From Candidatus Nanopelagicales bacterium (GTDB lineage Bacteria; Actinomycetota; Actinomycetes; S36-B12), in assembly GCA_017857705.1 (NCBI GenBank), contig JAFMCP010000004.1, positions 1 to 50,243 of the forward strand: a stretch of DNA of 50,243 nucleotides, in the 5' to 3' direction. Position numbers and translations under genes: made by a program. The notes under the pieces were generated by a model, which did no database searches, was not told the origin of the DNA, and saw only the letters and a list, made by a program, of their open reading frames with translations. Each line of letters opens with the position of its first letter. Position 1 is the stretch's first letter. Positions 8,891 to 21,716 of this stretch are shown piece by piece.

Positions 8891-10738
8891 ATGGCAGATC
8901 CTTCAAGTTATCGCCCCGCACAGGGGAGTATCCCGGTAAACCCTGGCGTGTATCGGTTTCGCGATCCAGAGGGACGAGTCGTGTATGTAGGCAAGGCAAA
9001 TAATTTACGCTCTCGACTCAACTCCTATTTTCAGGATTTCAGTTCATTGCATGCAAGAACTCAGAAAATGCTCACAACAGCGTCGAGTGTCGACTGGCTT
9101 ACCGTGGGCAATGAAGTCGAAGCTCTCGTGTTGGAGTATTCCTGGATCAAGGAGTATTCGCCAAGATTCAATGTGCGCTTCCGAGATGACAAGACCTATC
9201 CCTACCTTGCGGTTACCGTCGGTGAGTTGTACCCGAGGGTGGCAGTTGTTCGTGAGGCAAAACGAAAAGGGACACGATATTTCGGCCCCTACACGCAAGT
9301 GTGGGCAATTAAATCAACATTGGAAGAACTGATTCGGGTTTTCCCTGTTCGGTCGTGCCGTAATGGTGTTTTCAACCAAGCAAAACGAAGTGGTCGAGCC
9401 TGCTTGCTCGGATACATCGACAAATGCAGTGCACCATGTGTTGATCGAATATCCATCGAGGATTATCGCGAACTGGTTGATCAACTCATGCGCTTCTTAG
9501 GCGGCCAAACTCGTGAGTTCGTTGACAACATAAGTCAACAAATGAAGATAGCTGCGGAAAATGAGGATTTTGAGGCGGCCGCAAAGTGGCGGGATCGACT
9601 CATAGCCTTGGAGAAAGTACTCGAGAGAAATTCAGTTGTTTTTGAAGATTCAACGGATGCTGATCTTTTAGGATTTCATTTCGATGAGTTGCATGTTGGA
9701 GTACAAATAATTCACGTTCGAGTTGGTCGAATCACGGGTGAGCGATTTTTTGTGATTGAGCGCTCGGAGGAATTAGATGAGCCCGGATACATCGAACGAA
9801 TCCTAACGCGGGTCTATTCGGATATAGCAACGGATGGAATACCAAAAGAAGTACTTTTGTCTCAACTGCCATCAAATGAAATCGCATTAACCGAATGGTT
9901 GTCTGGGGCGCGTGGATCTAAAGTGGATATACGGATCCCACAACGCGGTGACAAGCGTGCGCTCATGGAGACCGCTGTTGAGAATTCGAAAAGAGCACTA
10001 TTGAAGGCTCGCTTAGAAAAAAGCTCAGACATTACAGTTCGAACGCAAGCGCTCAATGATTTGCAAGGAGCCTTGGAGTTGCATGAACCTCCGCTCCGGA
10101 TTGAATGCATCGATATTTCTACGTTGGCCGGCACAGAAACTGTTGGATCTTTAGTTGTCTTCGAAGACGGGTTGTCGAAAAAGTCTGATTATCGGAAATT
10201 TATTATTAAAGGTGAACGCAAAGACGACCTTGCTTCAGTTTATGAGGTTGTTAGTAGGCGTTTTAAGGATTCACCCGAACATGAAAATTCACGTTTCGCC
10301 TACCAGCCTTCACTACTGGTAATCGACGGTGCTGCTGGGCAAGTCAAAGCGGCTGCAACTGCGCTGCTCGACTGCGGTGTCGACATTCCGGTGGTGGGCC
10401 TTGCTAAACGATTGGAGGAGGTATGGGTGCTGGGCCAGAGCGACCCGATTATTTTTCCCCGGAATAGCCATGCCTTGCATTTATTGCAGCAAATACGCGA
10501 TGAAGCCCACCGAGTTGCAATAGGTCATCACAGGAAGCGGCGTAACACAAGCTCGCTAAAAAGTTCACTCACTGATATCCCGGGGGTGGGACCTGCCACG
10601 ATCAAGTCCTTATTAAGTACCTTTGGATCGGTCAAAAATATCCGTGCTGCCAGCCTTGCGGATTTAAGTGCAGCCTCGGGAGTTGGAGCAAAAACGGCGG
10701 AAGTGATTTGGAATAAATTGCACGCTGATGGTGCTTGA
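8891..10738 (+). CDS. uvrC: Excinuclease ABC subunit C
   Basis: GIY-YIG domain (PGVY..YVGKA..LRSRL), Cys-rich region, RIECIDIS, LVIDG, RDEAHR, C-terminal HhH (IPGVG). Confidence 0.97.
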   Translation: MADPSSYRPAQGSIPVNPGVYRFRDPEGRVVYVGKANNLRSRLNSYFQDFSSLHARTQKMLTTASSVDWLTVGNEVEALVLEYSWIKEYSPRFNVRFRDDKTYPYLAVTVGELYPRVAVVREAKRKGTRYFGPYTQVWAIKSTLEELIRVFPVRSCRNGVFNQAKRSGRACLLGYIDKCSAPCVDRISIEDYRELVDQLMRFLGGQTREFVDNISQQMKIAAENEDFEAAAKWRDRLIALEKVLERNSVVFEDSTDADLLGFHFDELHVGVQIIHVRVGRITGERFFVIERSEELDEPGYIERILTRVYSDIATDGIPKEVLLSQLPSNEIALTEWLSGARGSKVDIRIPQRGDKRALMETAVENSKRALLKARLEKSSDITVRTQALNDLQGALELHEPPLRIECIDISTLAGTETVGSLVVFEDGLSKKSDYRKFIIKGERKDDLASVYEVVSRRFKDSPEHENSRFAYQPSLLVIDGAAGQVKAAATALLDCGVDIPVVGLAKRLEEVWVLGQSDPIIFPRNSHALHLLQQIRDEAHRVAIGHHRKRRNTSSLKSSLTDIPGVGPATIKSLLSTFGSVKNIRAASLADLSAASGVGAKTAEVIWNKLHADGA

Positions 10739-10806
10739 CAGCGGCGGTAATGTGTCGGTGTCGCAGTAGCAGCGTGTCATTGAAGAAATTGATATGGAGT
10801 GTAAGT

Positions 10807-11697
10807 GTGTCGGATGCGAACTTGCAAGACTCTGAACTAATCATCCTTACGGGGATGAGTGGGGCTGGCCGAACAACGGCTGCTCGAGCGCTTGAGGACT
10901 TGGGTTGGTTCGTTATCGACAATATCCCACCAACTTTGCTCTTGGAAGCACTCGAATTAGCCAGTCGAAGTTCAGATATTAAGAAGGTTGCAGTCGTAGT
11001 CGATACTCGAAGCCGGTCTCTGTTTGCCCAATTAAGTTCGGTCCTCGCCGATCTGACTCCGCGTGTTGGAAGCGTCACGATTGTTTTTCTTGAAGCGACC
11101 GATGAGAGTTTGGTTCGGCGTTTTGAATCCTCAAGGAGACCGCATCCACTGCAAAAGGCTGTAGGGGCCCTCGATCAACGAATTATTGATGGACTTGCTC
11201 GCGAGCGTGACTTACTGGGTGACATCAGGGCTGTCGCGGACTTAGTCATAGATACAACTTCGCTCAATGTTCATGATTTGCGCCGCAGGATAGAAGCGGC
11301 ATTTGATTCACATAAGGAGACTGATTTTCACATCACAGTCCTCTCATTTGGTTTTAAATATGGAATCCCCGTTGATGCGGATATGGTGGCGGATGTTCGT
11401 TTTTTGCCAAACCCTTATTGGGATGAACAGTTACGACCATTAACAGGGCAAGATTCCGCTGTGTCTCACAGTGTTATCGAACAGCCCGGGGCCATGGATT
11501 TCTTAACACACTTTCAGGATCTCTTAGGAACAATGCGTGAAGGTTACCTGCGCGAAGGTAAACGACTTGTTACCGTTGCTGTTGGCTGCACCGGTGGGAA
11601 ACATCGCAGTGTCGCGATGACTGAGCAACTTGCATCCATGTTGCGAGATGCAGGGCTGCAAGCATCGGTCTTTCACCGGGATCTCGGCCGTGAGTGA
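10807..11697 (+). CDS. rapZ: RNase adapter RapZ-like P-loop NTPase
   Basis: GMSGAGRTT, DNIPP, RRPHPL, SFGFKYG, DVRFLPNP and GCTGGKHRSV motifs. GTG 10807 is preceded by GGAG. Confidence 0.95.
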   Translation: MSDANLQDSELIILTGMSGAGRTTAARALEDLGWFVIDNIPPTLLLEALELASRSSDIKKVAVVVDTRSRSLFAQLSSVLADLTPRVGSVTIVFLEATDESLVRRFESSRRPHPLQKAVGALDQRIIDGLARERDLLGDIRAVADLVIDTTSLNVHDLRRRIEAAFDSHKETDFHITVLSFGFKYGIPVDADMVADVRFLPNPYWDEQLRPLTGQDSAVSHSVIEQPGAMDFLTHFQDLLGTMREGYLREGKRLVTVAVGCTGGKHRSVAMTEQLASMLRDAGLQASVFHRDLGRE

Positions 11698-12694
11698 TAC
11701 CCAAATACTTGACCGTTTGGTCGCTTTCGGAGGTGGACATGGTCTTTTTGCGACACTGCGTGCTGGGAGATCATTACTAGCTGACCGTGTGATCAAGGAT
11801 CTGACGGCGATAGTTGGAGTTTCTGACGATGGTGGATCAAGTGGAAGAATCCGTCGAGCCTTCAACGTAGCTCCTCCCGGAGACTTGCGCATGGCAATCA
11901 CAGCGTTGTTACCTCAGGGGCCTATTGGTGAAAATGTCGAGTCAATATTGCAGTACAGGTTTCCTGACAGTGAAACGCATTCACGATTCGACGAAAGCCT
12001 TAGTGGTTTAGAAGGACACGTTGTCGGAAACGTGTTGTTAACGGCTTTATGGAATTCCGGTGCCTCGACACACGAAGGATTGGACCTTCTGTGTTCGTTT
12101 TTTGGTGTTCAAGGCCGTGTTTTGCCGTGTAGTTCCGCAGCGGTTGAGATTGTGGCGACAATTTCGGGGTTGGATCCTGAGCAACCATCCGTGTTGGAAA
12201 AAGTGAGCGGCCAGGTCGCGATTGCGACAACTATGGGAACCGTGACTCAGATTCAAATCGAACCACATGAACCTCCACCTTGTTCCGAAGCCGTGAATGC
12301 AATTGGTCTGGCAGGCGTGTTGGTCTTCGGGCCTGGGTCGTGGTTCACTTCATTGGTCCCACCACTTTTGGTACCTAGTATCCGAGAAGCCATCATTAAT
12401 AGTTCTGCACAACGGATATTGATTATGAATCTGACCGAGCAGATCGGAGAAACATCGGGTTACACAGCAGTGGATTACCTGAATTCCTGGGGAAAAATAT
12501 TCCCTGAGATCAACCTTGACCTGATCATTGTTGATCCCAACTTCGTTGAGGACCAACGTGATTGTGAACAGGCAGCGAGCAGAATCGGGGCCAAGGTGTT
12601 TAGTATTGATGTCGCAACATGCGAATCAACTCACGATCCAAAAAAACTTGCACGTGCCTTGCGCCAGGCTGCAATTGAACTAGGGAGTAAGTAA
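11690..12694 (+). CDS. yvcK: YvcK/CuvA gluconeogenesis factor family protein
   Basis: GGGHGL, DDGGSSG, PPGDLR and GPGSWFTS motifs. Conserved rapZ-yvcK-whiA order. GTG 11690 overlaps the rapZ end. Confidence 0.92.
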   Translation: MSDTQILDRLVAFGGGHGLFATLRAGRSLLADRVIKDLTAIVGVSDDGGSSGRIRRAFNVAPPGDLRMAITALLPQGPIGENVESILQYRFPDSETHSRFDESLSGLEGHVVGNVLLTALWNSGASTHEGLDLLCSFFGVQGRVLPCSSAAVEIVATISGLDPEQPSVLEKVSGQVAIATTMGTVTQIQIEPHEPPPCSEAVNAIGLAGVLVFGPGSWFTSLVPPLLVPSIREAIINSSAQRILIMNLTEQIGETSGYTAVDYLNSWGKIFPEINLDLIIVDPNFVEDQRDCEQAASRIGAKVFSIDVATCESTHDPKKLARALRQAAIELGSK

Positions 12695-13674
12695 TGTCAA
12701 TGACCGCTGCGGTGAAGGACGAACTTAGCAGAGTTGTCGTAACGAAAATGTGTTGCCGAAAGGCAGAAGTGTCGACGATCCTGCGATTCGCGAGTGGATT
12801 ACACATTATCAACCGAGCAATAGTGGTGGAAGCCGATCTTGACACTGGTTCGGTAGCCAGACGTTTGCGAAAAGACATTTTTGATATCTACGGGCATGAG
12901 AGTGAAATTGCTCTGGTTCAGGGAACAGGGATCAAAAAGGGCACTCGATATTTGGTTCGAGTAGTTGTTGGTGGTGAGGCCTTGGCCCGTCAGACAGGAA
13001 TAGTTGATGCAAGTGGGCGTCCAGTCAAGGGCCTGCCTCCTGCAATTGTGGCTGGTGGAATGTGCGATTGCGAAGCCGCTTGGCGAGCCGCATTCCTTGC
13101 CCATGGTTCCCTGACTGAACCCGGCCGGTCATCGTCGTTAGAAATTACCTGCCCAGGGCCAGAGTCAGCCCTAGCGCTCGTGGGTGCGGCTCGCCGTCTC
13201 GGTATTGGGGCAAAATCGCGCGAGGTCCGCGGAGTAGATCGCGTGGTGATTCGAGACGGGGATGCAATTGGTGCAATGCTGACCAAGTTAGGTGCACATG
13301 ACGCCATGATGGCTTGGGAGGAGCGTCGTATGCGCCGTGAGGTGCGTGCCACCGCAAATCGACTGGCTAATTTTGATGATGCGAATTTGCGGCGTTCGGC
13401 GCGCGCGGCTGTTGCCGCGGGCGCACGGGTACAGCGGGCTCTGGAGATCTTGGGTGATGAAGTGCCCGACCACCTCGTAGTGGCTGGGCGCCTGCGTATG
13501 GAGCATCAACAGGCCAGTTTGGAAGAATTAGGGGCCCTCAGCGAACCACCAATGACCAAAGACGCAATAGCTGGGCGAATCCGACGGTTATTGGCTCTAG
13601 CTGACAAAAAAGCGCAGGAAACTGGTGTCCCAGACACAGAGGCGGCCGTGGCGGCCCTCGAGGGTCAGCCGTAA
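12694..13674 (+). CDS. whiA: DNA-binding protein WhiA
   Basis: [41 protein letters not shown] and [12 protein letters not shown] motifs. Confidence 0.98.
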   Translation: MSMTAAVKDELSRVVVTKMCCRKAEVSTILRFASGLHIINRAIVVEADLDTGSVARRLRKDIFDIYGHESEIALVQGTGIKKGTRYLVRVVVGGEALARQTGIVDASGRPVKGLPPAIVAGGMCDCEAAWRAAFLAHGSLTEPGRSSSLEITCPGPESALALVGAARRLGIGAKSREVRGVDRVVIRDGDAIGAMLTKLGAHDAMMAWEERRMRREVRATANRLANFDDANLRRSARAAVAAGARVQRALEILGDEVPDHLVVAGRLRMEHQQASLEELGALSEPPMTKDAIAGRIRRLLALADKKAQETGVPDTEAAVAALEGQP

Positions 13675-13772
13675 CGTTTTGGCAACACGGCAATGACTAG
13701 CATTGTGCAATATAGGACAGTTCAGTGCAGAGTTGCAGGAATGGATTGTGCGCCGTCAAACAGGGGTAATAG

Positions 13773-14779
<1,007 letters not shown>

Positions 14780-14780
<1 letters not shown>

Positions 14781-15967
14781 TGCGGACTTTGCAGGATCTG
14801 GAACTCAAAGACTCCACCATTGCCCTAAGGTGTGACTTCAACGTTCCTTTGAACGAGCAGGGGGAAATCACTGATGACCTACGGATTACTGCTGCGCTCC
14901 CCACAATAAATGCATTACGGGAGGCTGGAGCCCGTGTAGTGATACTTGCCCACCTTGGTCGGCCTAAGGGTGTGGTTGTTGCAGAGCTTTCCTTGGCACC
15001 CGTGGCACAACGACTCTCTGAACTCCTGGGGATTGAGGTTGCTTTTTCACATGATCCCGCTGAAGACACCTCAGTTATTGACAAGCTTAAAGTTGGTGAT
15101 GTCGCGCTTCTTGAGAACGTTCGATTCGATGCACGGGAGACTAGTAAGGAATCAGCTCAACGACTCGATTTAGCGAGTGTTTGGGCTCATTGGGCCGACG
15201 GCTTTGTCAGCGATGGTTTTGGAGTCGTTCACCGCGAGCAGGCATCGGTTACTGGACTCGCACAACTCGTTCCAAGTGCTGCTGGGCTTCTCGTGTCGCG
15301 CGAATGTGAGGTCTTTGAAAGACTTCTGGAGGGGGCTGAAAGACCGTACACCGTGCTACTTGGTGGGAGCAAAGTTGGTGACAAACTTGGTGTCATTGAG
15401 TCCCTGCTTCCCCGAGTTGATAATTTGCTCATTGGCGGAGGGATGGCCTACACATTTCTCCTCGCCATTGGTTGTGAAATAGGGCAGTCGATTTCGCAGC
15501 CAGATTTTGTTAACGATGCCCAGCGTTTTATTGCGCAGGCAAAAAAACTTGGCGTAAATTTGATGCTGCCGGTCGACATTGTCATAGCCGATCGTTTTTC
15601 CCCTGACGCTGTTGCTCAGATAGTGGGCCGTGACGAGATTCCTGCGGACCAGATGGGCCTTGATATTGGGCCAAAAACTCGTGAGTTGTATTCGGCTGTA
15701 ATTGCTGATTCTGAAACCATCGTGTGGAATGGTCCAATGGGGGTTTTTGAAATGGCGCCTTTCGCTGGCGGGACACTGGCGATCGCGAAGGCCATGGCCG
15801 CTTCGGATGGTTTTACAGTGATTGGTGGAGGAGACTCAGCTGCAGCGGTTCGACTACTGAACGTTAATTACGAGAATTTTGACCATATCAGCACCGGTGG
15901 TGGTGCCAGCCTTGAATTTCTTGAGGGCAAGAAACTGCCCGGTCTAACCGTATTGGAAGGTATATAG
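14780..15967 (+). CDS. pgk: Phosphoglycerate kinase
   Basis: RCDFNVP, HLGRPKG, LLENVRF, WNGPMGVFE, GGGDS and STGGGASLEFLEG motifs. Confidence 0.98.
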
Positions 15968-15970
15968 AAA

Positions 15971-16765
15971 ATGGCAAAAAGTGATCGGATGCCGCTTATA
16001 GCGGGTAACTGGAAAATGAACATAAATCACTTCGAGGCCATTGCCCTAGTCCAAAAGTTGGCATTTGCACTCAATGAGGCGGATTTTGCAGCGGTTGAAG
16101 TAGTCGTTATGCCACCGTTCACGGATCTGCGGTCGGTACAAACCTTGATCCTGGGGGACAAGTACGACATCAAATACGGTGCGCAAGACCTTTCGCCCCA
16201 TGAGAAGGGAGCCCACACTGGAGATATTTCAGGTTCAATGCTGGCGAAATTGGGGTGCACTTTCGTCTTGACCGGCCACAGTGAACGTCGGGCGAATCAC
16301 GGGGAAGACAACGATGTCGTTAATGCTAAAACTCAAGCGGCGCTGAGGAACGAACTGGTTCCTATCGTTTGTGTGGGTGAGTCACTCGAGATCCGAGACA
16401 CAGGCAACACAATTGAATTCATTCTCAGTCAGGTTTCTGAATCACTCGCTGGCATTAGCTCTGAAGCGGTTTCCGGGCTCGTAATTGCCTATGAACCAAT
16501 CTGGGCAATCGGCACTGGTTCTGTAGCTACGCCAGCGGATGCCCAAGAGGTGTGTTCAGCAATCCGTAAGCATATTGGCGAAAACTGGAGTCCTGAGGCA
16601 TCCAAGAATGTGCGGATCCTTTATGGCGGCTCAGTTAAAGCGGATAACATTTCCTCAATCATGGCCCAGGCCGACGTAGACGGAGGGCTTGTGGGTGGGG
16701 CAAGTATGGATCCGGATGAGTTCGTTGGGATTATCCGTTACCGAATGCACCCGGCTGACCTCTAA
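15971..16765 (+). CDS. tpiA: Triose-phosphate isomerase
   Basis: [23 protein letters not shown] and YGGSVK motifs. Confidence 0.99.
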   Translation: MAKSDRMPLIAGNWKMNINHFEAIALVQKLAFALNEADFAAVEVVVMPPFTDLRSVQTLILGDKYDIKYGAQDLSPHEKGAHTGDISGSMLAKLGCTFVLTGHSERRANHGEDNDVVNAKTQAALRNELVPIVCVGESLEIRDTGNTIEFILSQVSESLAGISSEAVSGLVIAYEPIWAIGTGSVATPADAQEVCSAIRKHIGENWSPEASKNVRILYGGSVKADNISSIMAQADVDGGLVGGASMDPDEFVGIIRYRMHPADL

Positions 16766-16828
16766 GTCCATCGAAGGCATATCCTAAAGTCTGTCTTTAC
16801 TACATTACCGAAAGGTTCGACACCGCTA

Positions 16829-17077
16829 ATGCTTACTGCCCTAACCATCGCCTTAGCGGTGATTCTCATTATCACGAGCGTCTTGCTCATCGTGCTGATC
16901 CTGCTGCACCGAGGTAAAGGTGGCGGGCTCTCGGATCTGTTCGGTGGTGGCGTAAGTTCCTCAGTAGGAGGGTCCTCAGTTGCGGAAAAGAACTTGGATC
17001 GTTTGACAGTGGGGTTAGGTCTGATTTGGGCAGCCTCCATTGTTGCCGTTGGGCTTCTCGTTCGAACCGGTTCGTAA
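16829..17077 (+). CDS. secG: Preprotein translocase subunit SecG
   Basis: Two TM helices around HRGKGGGLSDLFGGG..AEKNLDRLT. Follows tpiA. Confidence 0.96.
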   Translation: MLTALTIALAVILIITSVLLIVLILLHRGKGGGLSDLFGGGVSSSVGGSSVAEKNLDRLTVGLGLIWAASIVAVGLLVRTGS

Positions 17078-17141
17078 ATCATTTTCAATAATCACACTTG
17101 CATAAACCCACGAAAATTAGGTTGTCTCAAAGGAGTAATTA

Positions 17142-17474
17142 ATGGCTGGTGGAAGCGCAATTCGCGGTAGTCGAGTCGGTGCAGGTCCAATGGGAGAGGC
17201 CGAGCGAGGCGAGGCGGCACCTCGTTTTTTTGTGTCCTTCTGGTGCAGTCGGAGCCATGAATCAAAGCCAAGTTTTGCTCTTGAAGCCGAAATACCAGAG
17301 GAATGGGATTGTCCTCGCTGTGGACTTCCTGCCGGCACGGACAAAGAAAACCCACCGATGCCTCCCAAAATTGAGCCATACAAAACTCACCTTGCCTATG
17401 TCAAAGAACGCCGTTCTGACAAAGACGGGGCCGCCATCCTGCAAGAGGCAATCGACAAGTTACACGGCAACTAA
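17142..17474 (+). CDS. rbpA: RNA polymerase-binding protein RbpA
   Basis: AIRGSRVG, FWC..H..WDCPRCG and KTHLAYVKERR motifs. SD AAGGAG upstream. Confidence 0.94.
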   Translation: MAGGSAIRGSRVGAGPMGEAERGEAAPRFFVSFWCSRSHESKPSFALEAEIPEEWDCPRCGLPAGTDKENPPMPPKIEPYKTHLAYVKERRSDKDGAAILQEAIDKLHGN

Positions 17475-18170
17475 CAAGTCCGTCACCGCATAAAGTTCAG
17501 CGGCTTGGATTCCGCGAGCTGGCGTTAAATCAATGCGCCCCCGAGTATTGAGAATGGCTGCCAAAGCCTCGCGTTTGCTTTCGCCAGCAAGAAGTAAAAC
17601 GGTGCACTGCGAATTGTTGAGTGTCGGATAACTCAATGTCACTCGAACTGGAGGCGGCTTTGGGGAGTCGAAAACGGGCACCGCAATTGAATGTGAATTT
17701 AGTTGCGGGTGACCAGGAAACAGGGAAGCTATATGTCCATCGGGGCCAACCCCGAGTATTACGAAAGTGAATTTTGGTGGGACTCCTGCTGATCCAAATT
17801 CAATGAGTTCACGCACGTAGTCGCTAGCGGCAACTTCTGCGCTAAGAACTTGTTCAGCGGCAGCCACTCGATGAATGTTGCTTTCAATGAAAAAATCACC
17901 CAGGCTGGACTTGATCCCAATGTCATTTCGATCGGGCGAATCTGAGTCAACGAATCTCTCATCCCCCCACCAAAAGTGAGTGTTTGCCCAGGTCTCTTCC
18001 GGAATGTTCTTCGCCACGTCAGTCAGTCTGTTATTGATCGACAGGCCAGCGCCACCACCTGTGAGAACAACGTGATGTAGTTTCATCGGGTCCGCAGAAA
18101 TGAGTTGCGAAGTCATCATTTCAAGAACCTGGTCAACCACGCTTTGACACTCGCGAAGTTGAGGTATCAC
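17460..18170 (-). CDS. pgl: 6-phosphogluconolactonase
   Basis: LTGG, WGDERFV, LGVGPDGHIASLFP and SPKPPPVRVTL motifs. Confidence 0.96.
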   Translation of the reverse strand: MIPQLRECQSVVDQVLEMMTSQLISADPMKLHHVVLTGGGAGLSINNRLTDVAKNIPEETWANTHFWWGDERFVDSDSPDRNDIGIKSSLGDFFIESNIHRVAAAEQVLSAEVAASDYVRELIEFGSAGVPPKFTFVILGVGPDGHIASLFPGHPQLNSHSIAVPVFDSPKPPPVRVTLSYPTLNNSQCTVLLLAGESKREALAAILNTRGRIDLTPARGIQAAELYAVTDLLVAV

Positions 18171-19072
18171 TTGGTTTTTCCAGCATAGGTGCGAATTACC
18201 CAGCCGTAAACGTTATCAGGATCAAGCCGCCGCAAATCCTGATTGAGCAATGTGGTCAGATCTCGCCGGGGCAGGGAAATTAGGGCATCGGGAATACCCG
18301 TCTGCGAGAGGGTCGCTGTGTTTCCATCGGGTCTAGTGATTGCAATCTCACCTGTCTCTGTCTCTATAACCACAGATTGAATGCCAGGTGTTTCCGTTGA
18401 CTGAACGGCAACGGCAATGTCGAGACTCGCGCCTAACCAAGTGGCGAGTAGTTCAGCGCTGGGATTATTGGCCTCGGCGGTGATTGACCCGCCAGTAGCG
18501 ATACCCACGGGTTGGTCAAAGGCAGTTGCCAAGATTGATCTCCATGGCGTGAGCCGTGACCAGGCAAGGTCAATGTCTCCTGGTCGGTAGCCTGCGCCTC
18601 GCTGTCGTAACTCTGCGAGGGGGTCTTCACAGGTGGCAGAGTCTGTGATCCGACGTTGGGCATGTCTTCCAATTGTGTCCTCGGCGGGAATGGCAGGGGC
18701 GTTGGACGGCCAGAAAGCAACAACTGGGGTGTCTGAGAGCAACAAAGGGATCACAACTGAGTCCGCGTGCTCGGCGAGTTCTCCACGTAGACGTAACACG
18801 GCAACTTCTCCAGGACCGTCATCGCCGCCAACAGCGATTTCCGCATCGAGTGAATGAGGGCCTCGACCAGGTCGGGGAATAACCGTGACAATGCGCATCG
18901 GATGTTGTCGTGCAGCAATTACAGCCCCAGATGTCGCATCTGATTGATATTCCTCATCCGTGAGGATCAGCATCGTGAGCACCATTCCGGTTGTAGGGGA
19001 ACCTTGTCGGTGCCGCTCAGCAGAAATAGCGGCTGCGATTGAACCACCACTTGTATCTTCCAGCCGGATCAT
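18167..19072 (-). CDS. opcA: Glucose-6-phosphate dehydrogenase assembly protein OpcA
   Basis: [26 protein letters not shown] and [12 protein letters not shown] motifs. ATGA overlap with zwf. Confidence 0.93.
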   Translation of the reverse strand: MIRLEDTSGGSIAAAISAERHRQGSPTTGMVLTMLILTDEEYQSDATSGAVIAARQHPMRIVTVIPRPGRGPHSLDAEIAVGGDDGPGEVAVLRLRGELAEHADSVVIPLLLSDTPVVAFWPSNAPAIPAEDTIGRHAQRRITDSATCEDPLAELRQRGAGYRPGDIDLAWSRLTPWRSILATAFDQPVGIATGGSITAEANNPSAELLATWLGASLDIAVAVQSTETPGIQSVVIETETGEIAITRPDGNTATLSQTGIPDALISLPRRDLTTLLNQDLRRLDPDNVYGWVIRTYAGKTK

Positions 19073-20598
19073 GGCCGCCTCCAAGTTCGTCCATCGCGAG
19101 CAATCATTTCATGTGATGAGGCAGGACCCCAGCCTCCTGAGGCATATTGATCGGGGGCCCCTTGTGTAGCCCAGTAATCAAGGATTGGATCTAAGATCCG
19201 CCAACTGAGTTCGACTTCTTCATGACGGGGGAATAGGGGTGGATCGCCCAGTAGGACATCAAGGATAAGCCGCTCATAAGCCTCGGGACTGGTATCAACG
19301 AATGAATCACCGTATTGAAAGTCCATCGTGACGTCCCTGACCTGAATTGAACTTGTATCGGGCACCTTTGAACCAAAGCGAACCGTCACACCTTCATCAG
19401 GTTGAATCCGAAAAACCAGTGCGTTATTGCTCAACTCTTCAACCGCAGATGAACTGAATGGGAGGTGCGGTGCGCGTTTGAAAACAATGGCGACTTCGGT
19501 GACCCTGCGACCGAGCCTCTTGCCGGTTCGCAGATAAAAAGGTACTCCCGCCCAGCGGCGATTTTCTACATTGAGTCGCATCGCAGCAAATGTGTCGGTT
19601 GTGGAATCGGCGGGTATCCCGTTCTCTTCCAAAAACCCAATAACGGGGATTCCTCCCTGCCACCCCGATTGATATTGGCCACGGGAGGTGTGAGCCCCAA
19701 TATCTTTCGGGACGCTGACGGCTCGCAACACTTTTTCTTTCTCGGTTCTGACATCATCTGCACTAAATGAGAGCGGTTCTTCCATGGCGGTGAGAGCGAG
19801 TAGCTGAAGGAGATGGTTCTGAATCACGTCTCGGGCTGCCCCGATTCCATCGTAGTAACCTGCTCTACCACCAATACCAATATCTTCGGCCATGGTTATT
19901 TGAACATTGTCGACGTAGTTGCTATTCCATAAAGGCTCAAACATTGCGTTTGCGAATCGGACAGCCAAAATATTCTGGACTGTCTCTTTGCCAAGGTAAT
20001 GATCAATGCGAAACACACTGCCGGAGGGGAAAACACTGTCAACCAGCTTATTAAGTTCCTGTGCGCTTTCTAAATTGTGTCCGAATGGTTTCTCAATGAC
20101 CACTCGACGCCACGATGTTGGCGAGGCGCTGTTCGCGAGACCAGTACTTTCGAGGTTTTTCAAGACTGCCGGGAATAGTCCTGGGGGGATTGACAGATAA
20201 AACGCGTGATTTCCTCGGGTGCCCATTTTGTTATCCAACTCGGAAAGTACTTCGGAGATACGCTCATAGGAAGTGGGATCGGTTAGGTCCCCGTCAACGA
20301 ACCTAATGCCGGCAGCCAATTGTCGCCACGTTTCCTCCCGGAATGGAGTACGCGCATGTTCTTTAACAGCATCATGTACAACTTGCGCGAAATCTTGGGT
20401 ATCCCAATCACGTCGGGCAAAACCAACCAGGGCAAAACCTGGAGGTAGCAGACCACGGTTTGCGAGATCATAGATTGCTGGCATCACCTTTTTGCGGCTC
20501 AAATCACCGGTTACACCGAAAAGAATCAAAGCACACGGTCCGGCAATCCGGGGGAGTCGCTGATCCTCTGGATCACGCAGGGGATTCTGGTATTCCAT
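19069..20598 (-). CDS. zwf: Glucose-6-phosphate 1-dehydrogenase
   Basis: [21 protein letters not shown] and [10 protein letters not shown] motifs. ATG 20598 lies just after the tal stop. Confidence 0.98.
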   Translation of the reverse strand: MEYQNPLRDPEDQRLPRIAGPCALILFGVTGDLSRKKVMPAIYDLANRGLLPPGFALVGFARRDWDTQDFAQVVHDAVKEHARTPFREETWRQLAAGIRFVDGDLTDPTSYERISEVLSELDNKMGTRGNHAFYLSIPPGLFPAVLKNLESTGLANSASPTSWRRVVIEKPFGHNLESAQELNKLVDSVFPSGSVFRIDHYLGKETVQNILAVRFANAMFEPLWNSNYVDNVQITMAEDIGIGGRAGYYDGIGAARDVIQNHLLQLLALTAMEEPLSFSADDVRTEKEKVLRAVSVPKDIGAHTSRGQYQSGWQGGIPVIGFLEENGIPADSTTDTFAAMRLNVENRRWAGVPFYLRTGKRLGRRVTEVAIVFKRAPHLPFSSSAVEELSNNALVFRIQPDEGVTVRFGSKVPDTSSIQVRDVTMDFQYGDSFVDTSPEAYERLILDVLLGDPPLFPRHEEVELSWRILDPILDYWATQGAPDQYASGGWGPASSHEMIARDGRTWRRP

Positions 20599-20599
20599 C

Positions 20600-21700
20600 T
20601 CAGACACGCTTGAGTGCCGCTGAGACGGTATCAAGAAGGGAAATCCATGCTTGCTCAAACTTGGCGACCCCATCGGCTTCAAGTTCGTTGCACACTGCAG
20701 CCAAATCAATGCCTACATCTGAGAGTTCACGCCAAATTGTGGCTGAAGCATCAGCGGTTCCGGAAACAGTATCCCCGACCAAGACACCATGGTCAGCTAC
20801 CGCCAAAAGTGTTTTTTCAGGCATTGTGTTTACACAACCCGGTGCAACAAGCTCCATTACATAGCGTGTATCCGAATACGCTGGATCTTTAACTCCCGTA
20901 GAAGCCCAAAGGGGTCGCTGGGGATTCGCACCTTTCAATGCCTTCCATCGATCGCTCGAGAGGACTTCGGTGTAAGCCTTCCACGCAAGCCGGGCGTTCG
21001 TTATTGCAGTCTTGCCAAGCAGCGCAATTGCACGGTCACTGGCGTTTGCTGTGAGCAGTGAATCGACAGAAGAATCAACGCGACTGACAAAAAAAGATGC
21101 AACGGATTCAATATTGGAAATCACGTGCCCACGTTCAATTGCCAGTTCCAGTCCGGAGATGTACGCATCCATAACCTGCACATAACGTTCGACGGAAAAT
21201 ATCAGTGTGACGTTGACGCTTATCCCTCTACCAATTACCTCGGTAATCGCGGGCAGGCCTTCAATGGTGGCTGGAATTTTGATCAGTAGATTTTCACGAT
21301 TGACAAGGTCCCAAAGATCTTGTGCCTCGTTGATAGTTGCCGGGGTATCTCGTGCCAGGCGTGGATCCACTTCAATTGAAACGCGACCATCAACTCCATT
21401 GGTCTCCTTAAAAACTCCCGAGAAAATATCGCAAGCACTTCTCACGTCATCGGAGGTCATCAGCCGTACTGCCTGCTCAGCGTTTACACCTTGATGAGCC
21501 AGGGATTGAATTTGAGTTGAGTAGGCATCAACGCTACCTGCAATAGCCCCTTCAAAAATAGATGGATTTGTGGTCACGCCACGGACATTCATGGTGTTGA
21601 TTAATTCTTTGAGATTGCCACTTGTGATGCGTGTTCGAGTTAGGTCATCGAGCCAAATACTCACACCCGCCCGTGTCAGGTCTTCAAGTACTGCATTCAT
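20600..21700 (-). CDS. tal: Transaldolase
   Basis: [35 protein letters not shown] and RPLWASTG motifs. Confidence 0.98.
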   Translation of the reverse strand: MNAVLEDLTRAGVSIWLDDLTRTRITSGNLKELINTMNVRGVTTNPSIFEGAIAGSVDAYSTQIQSLAHQGVNAEQAVRLMTSDDVRSACDIFSGVFKETNGVDGRVSIEVDPRLARDTPATINEAQDLWDLVNRENLLIKIPATIEGLPAITEVIGRGISVNVTLIFSVERYVQVMDAYISGLELAIERGHVISNIESVASFFVSRVDSSVDSLLTANASDRAIALLGKTAITNARLAWKAYTEVLSSDRWKALKGANPQRPLWASTGVKDPAYSDTRYVMELVAPGCVNTMPEKTLLAVADHGVLVGDTVSGTADASATIWRELSDVGIDLAAVCNELEADGVAKFEQAWISLLDTVSAALKRV

Positions 21701-21716
21701 TGCAACTCCCTGGGTG

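Noticed and set aside
10735-10775. TTGACA and a TGTCGGTG-N9-CAGCGT PafBC/RecA-NDp-like motif upstream of rapZ
   Set aside because: TTGACA has no -10 at 16-18 nt. The second motif has the wrong spacing and lacks TA in the -10.
10852-10878. RapZ Walker A with Arg instead of Lys (GMSGAGRT)
   Set aside because: This variant is common in actinobacterial RapZ homologues.
13702-13720. Possible Rex box upstream of gap (TTGTGCA..)
   Set aside because: Only one half-site matches.
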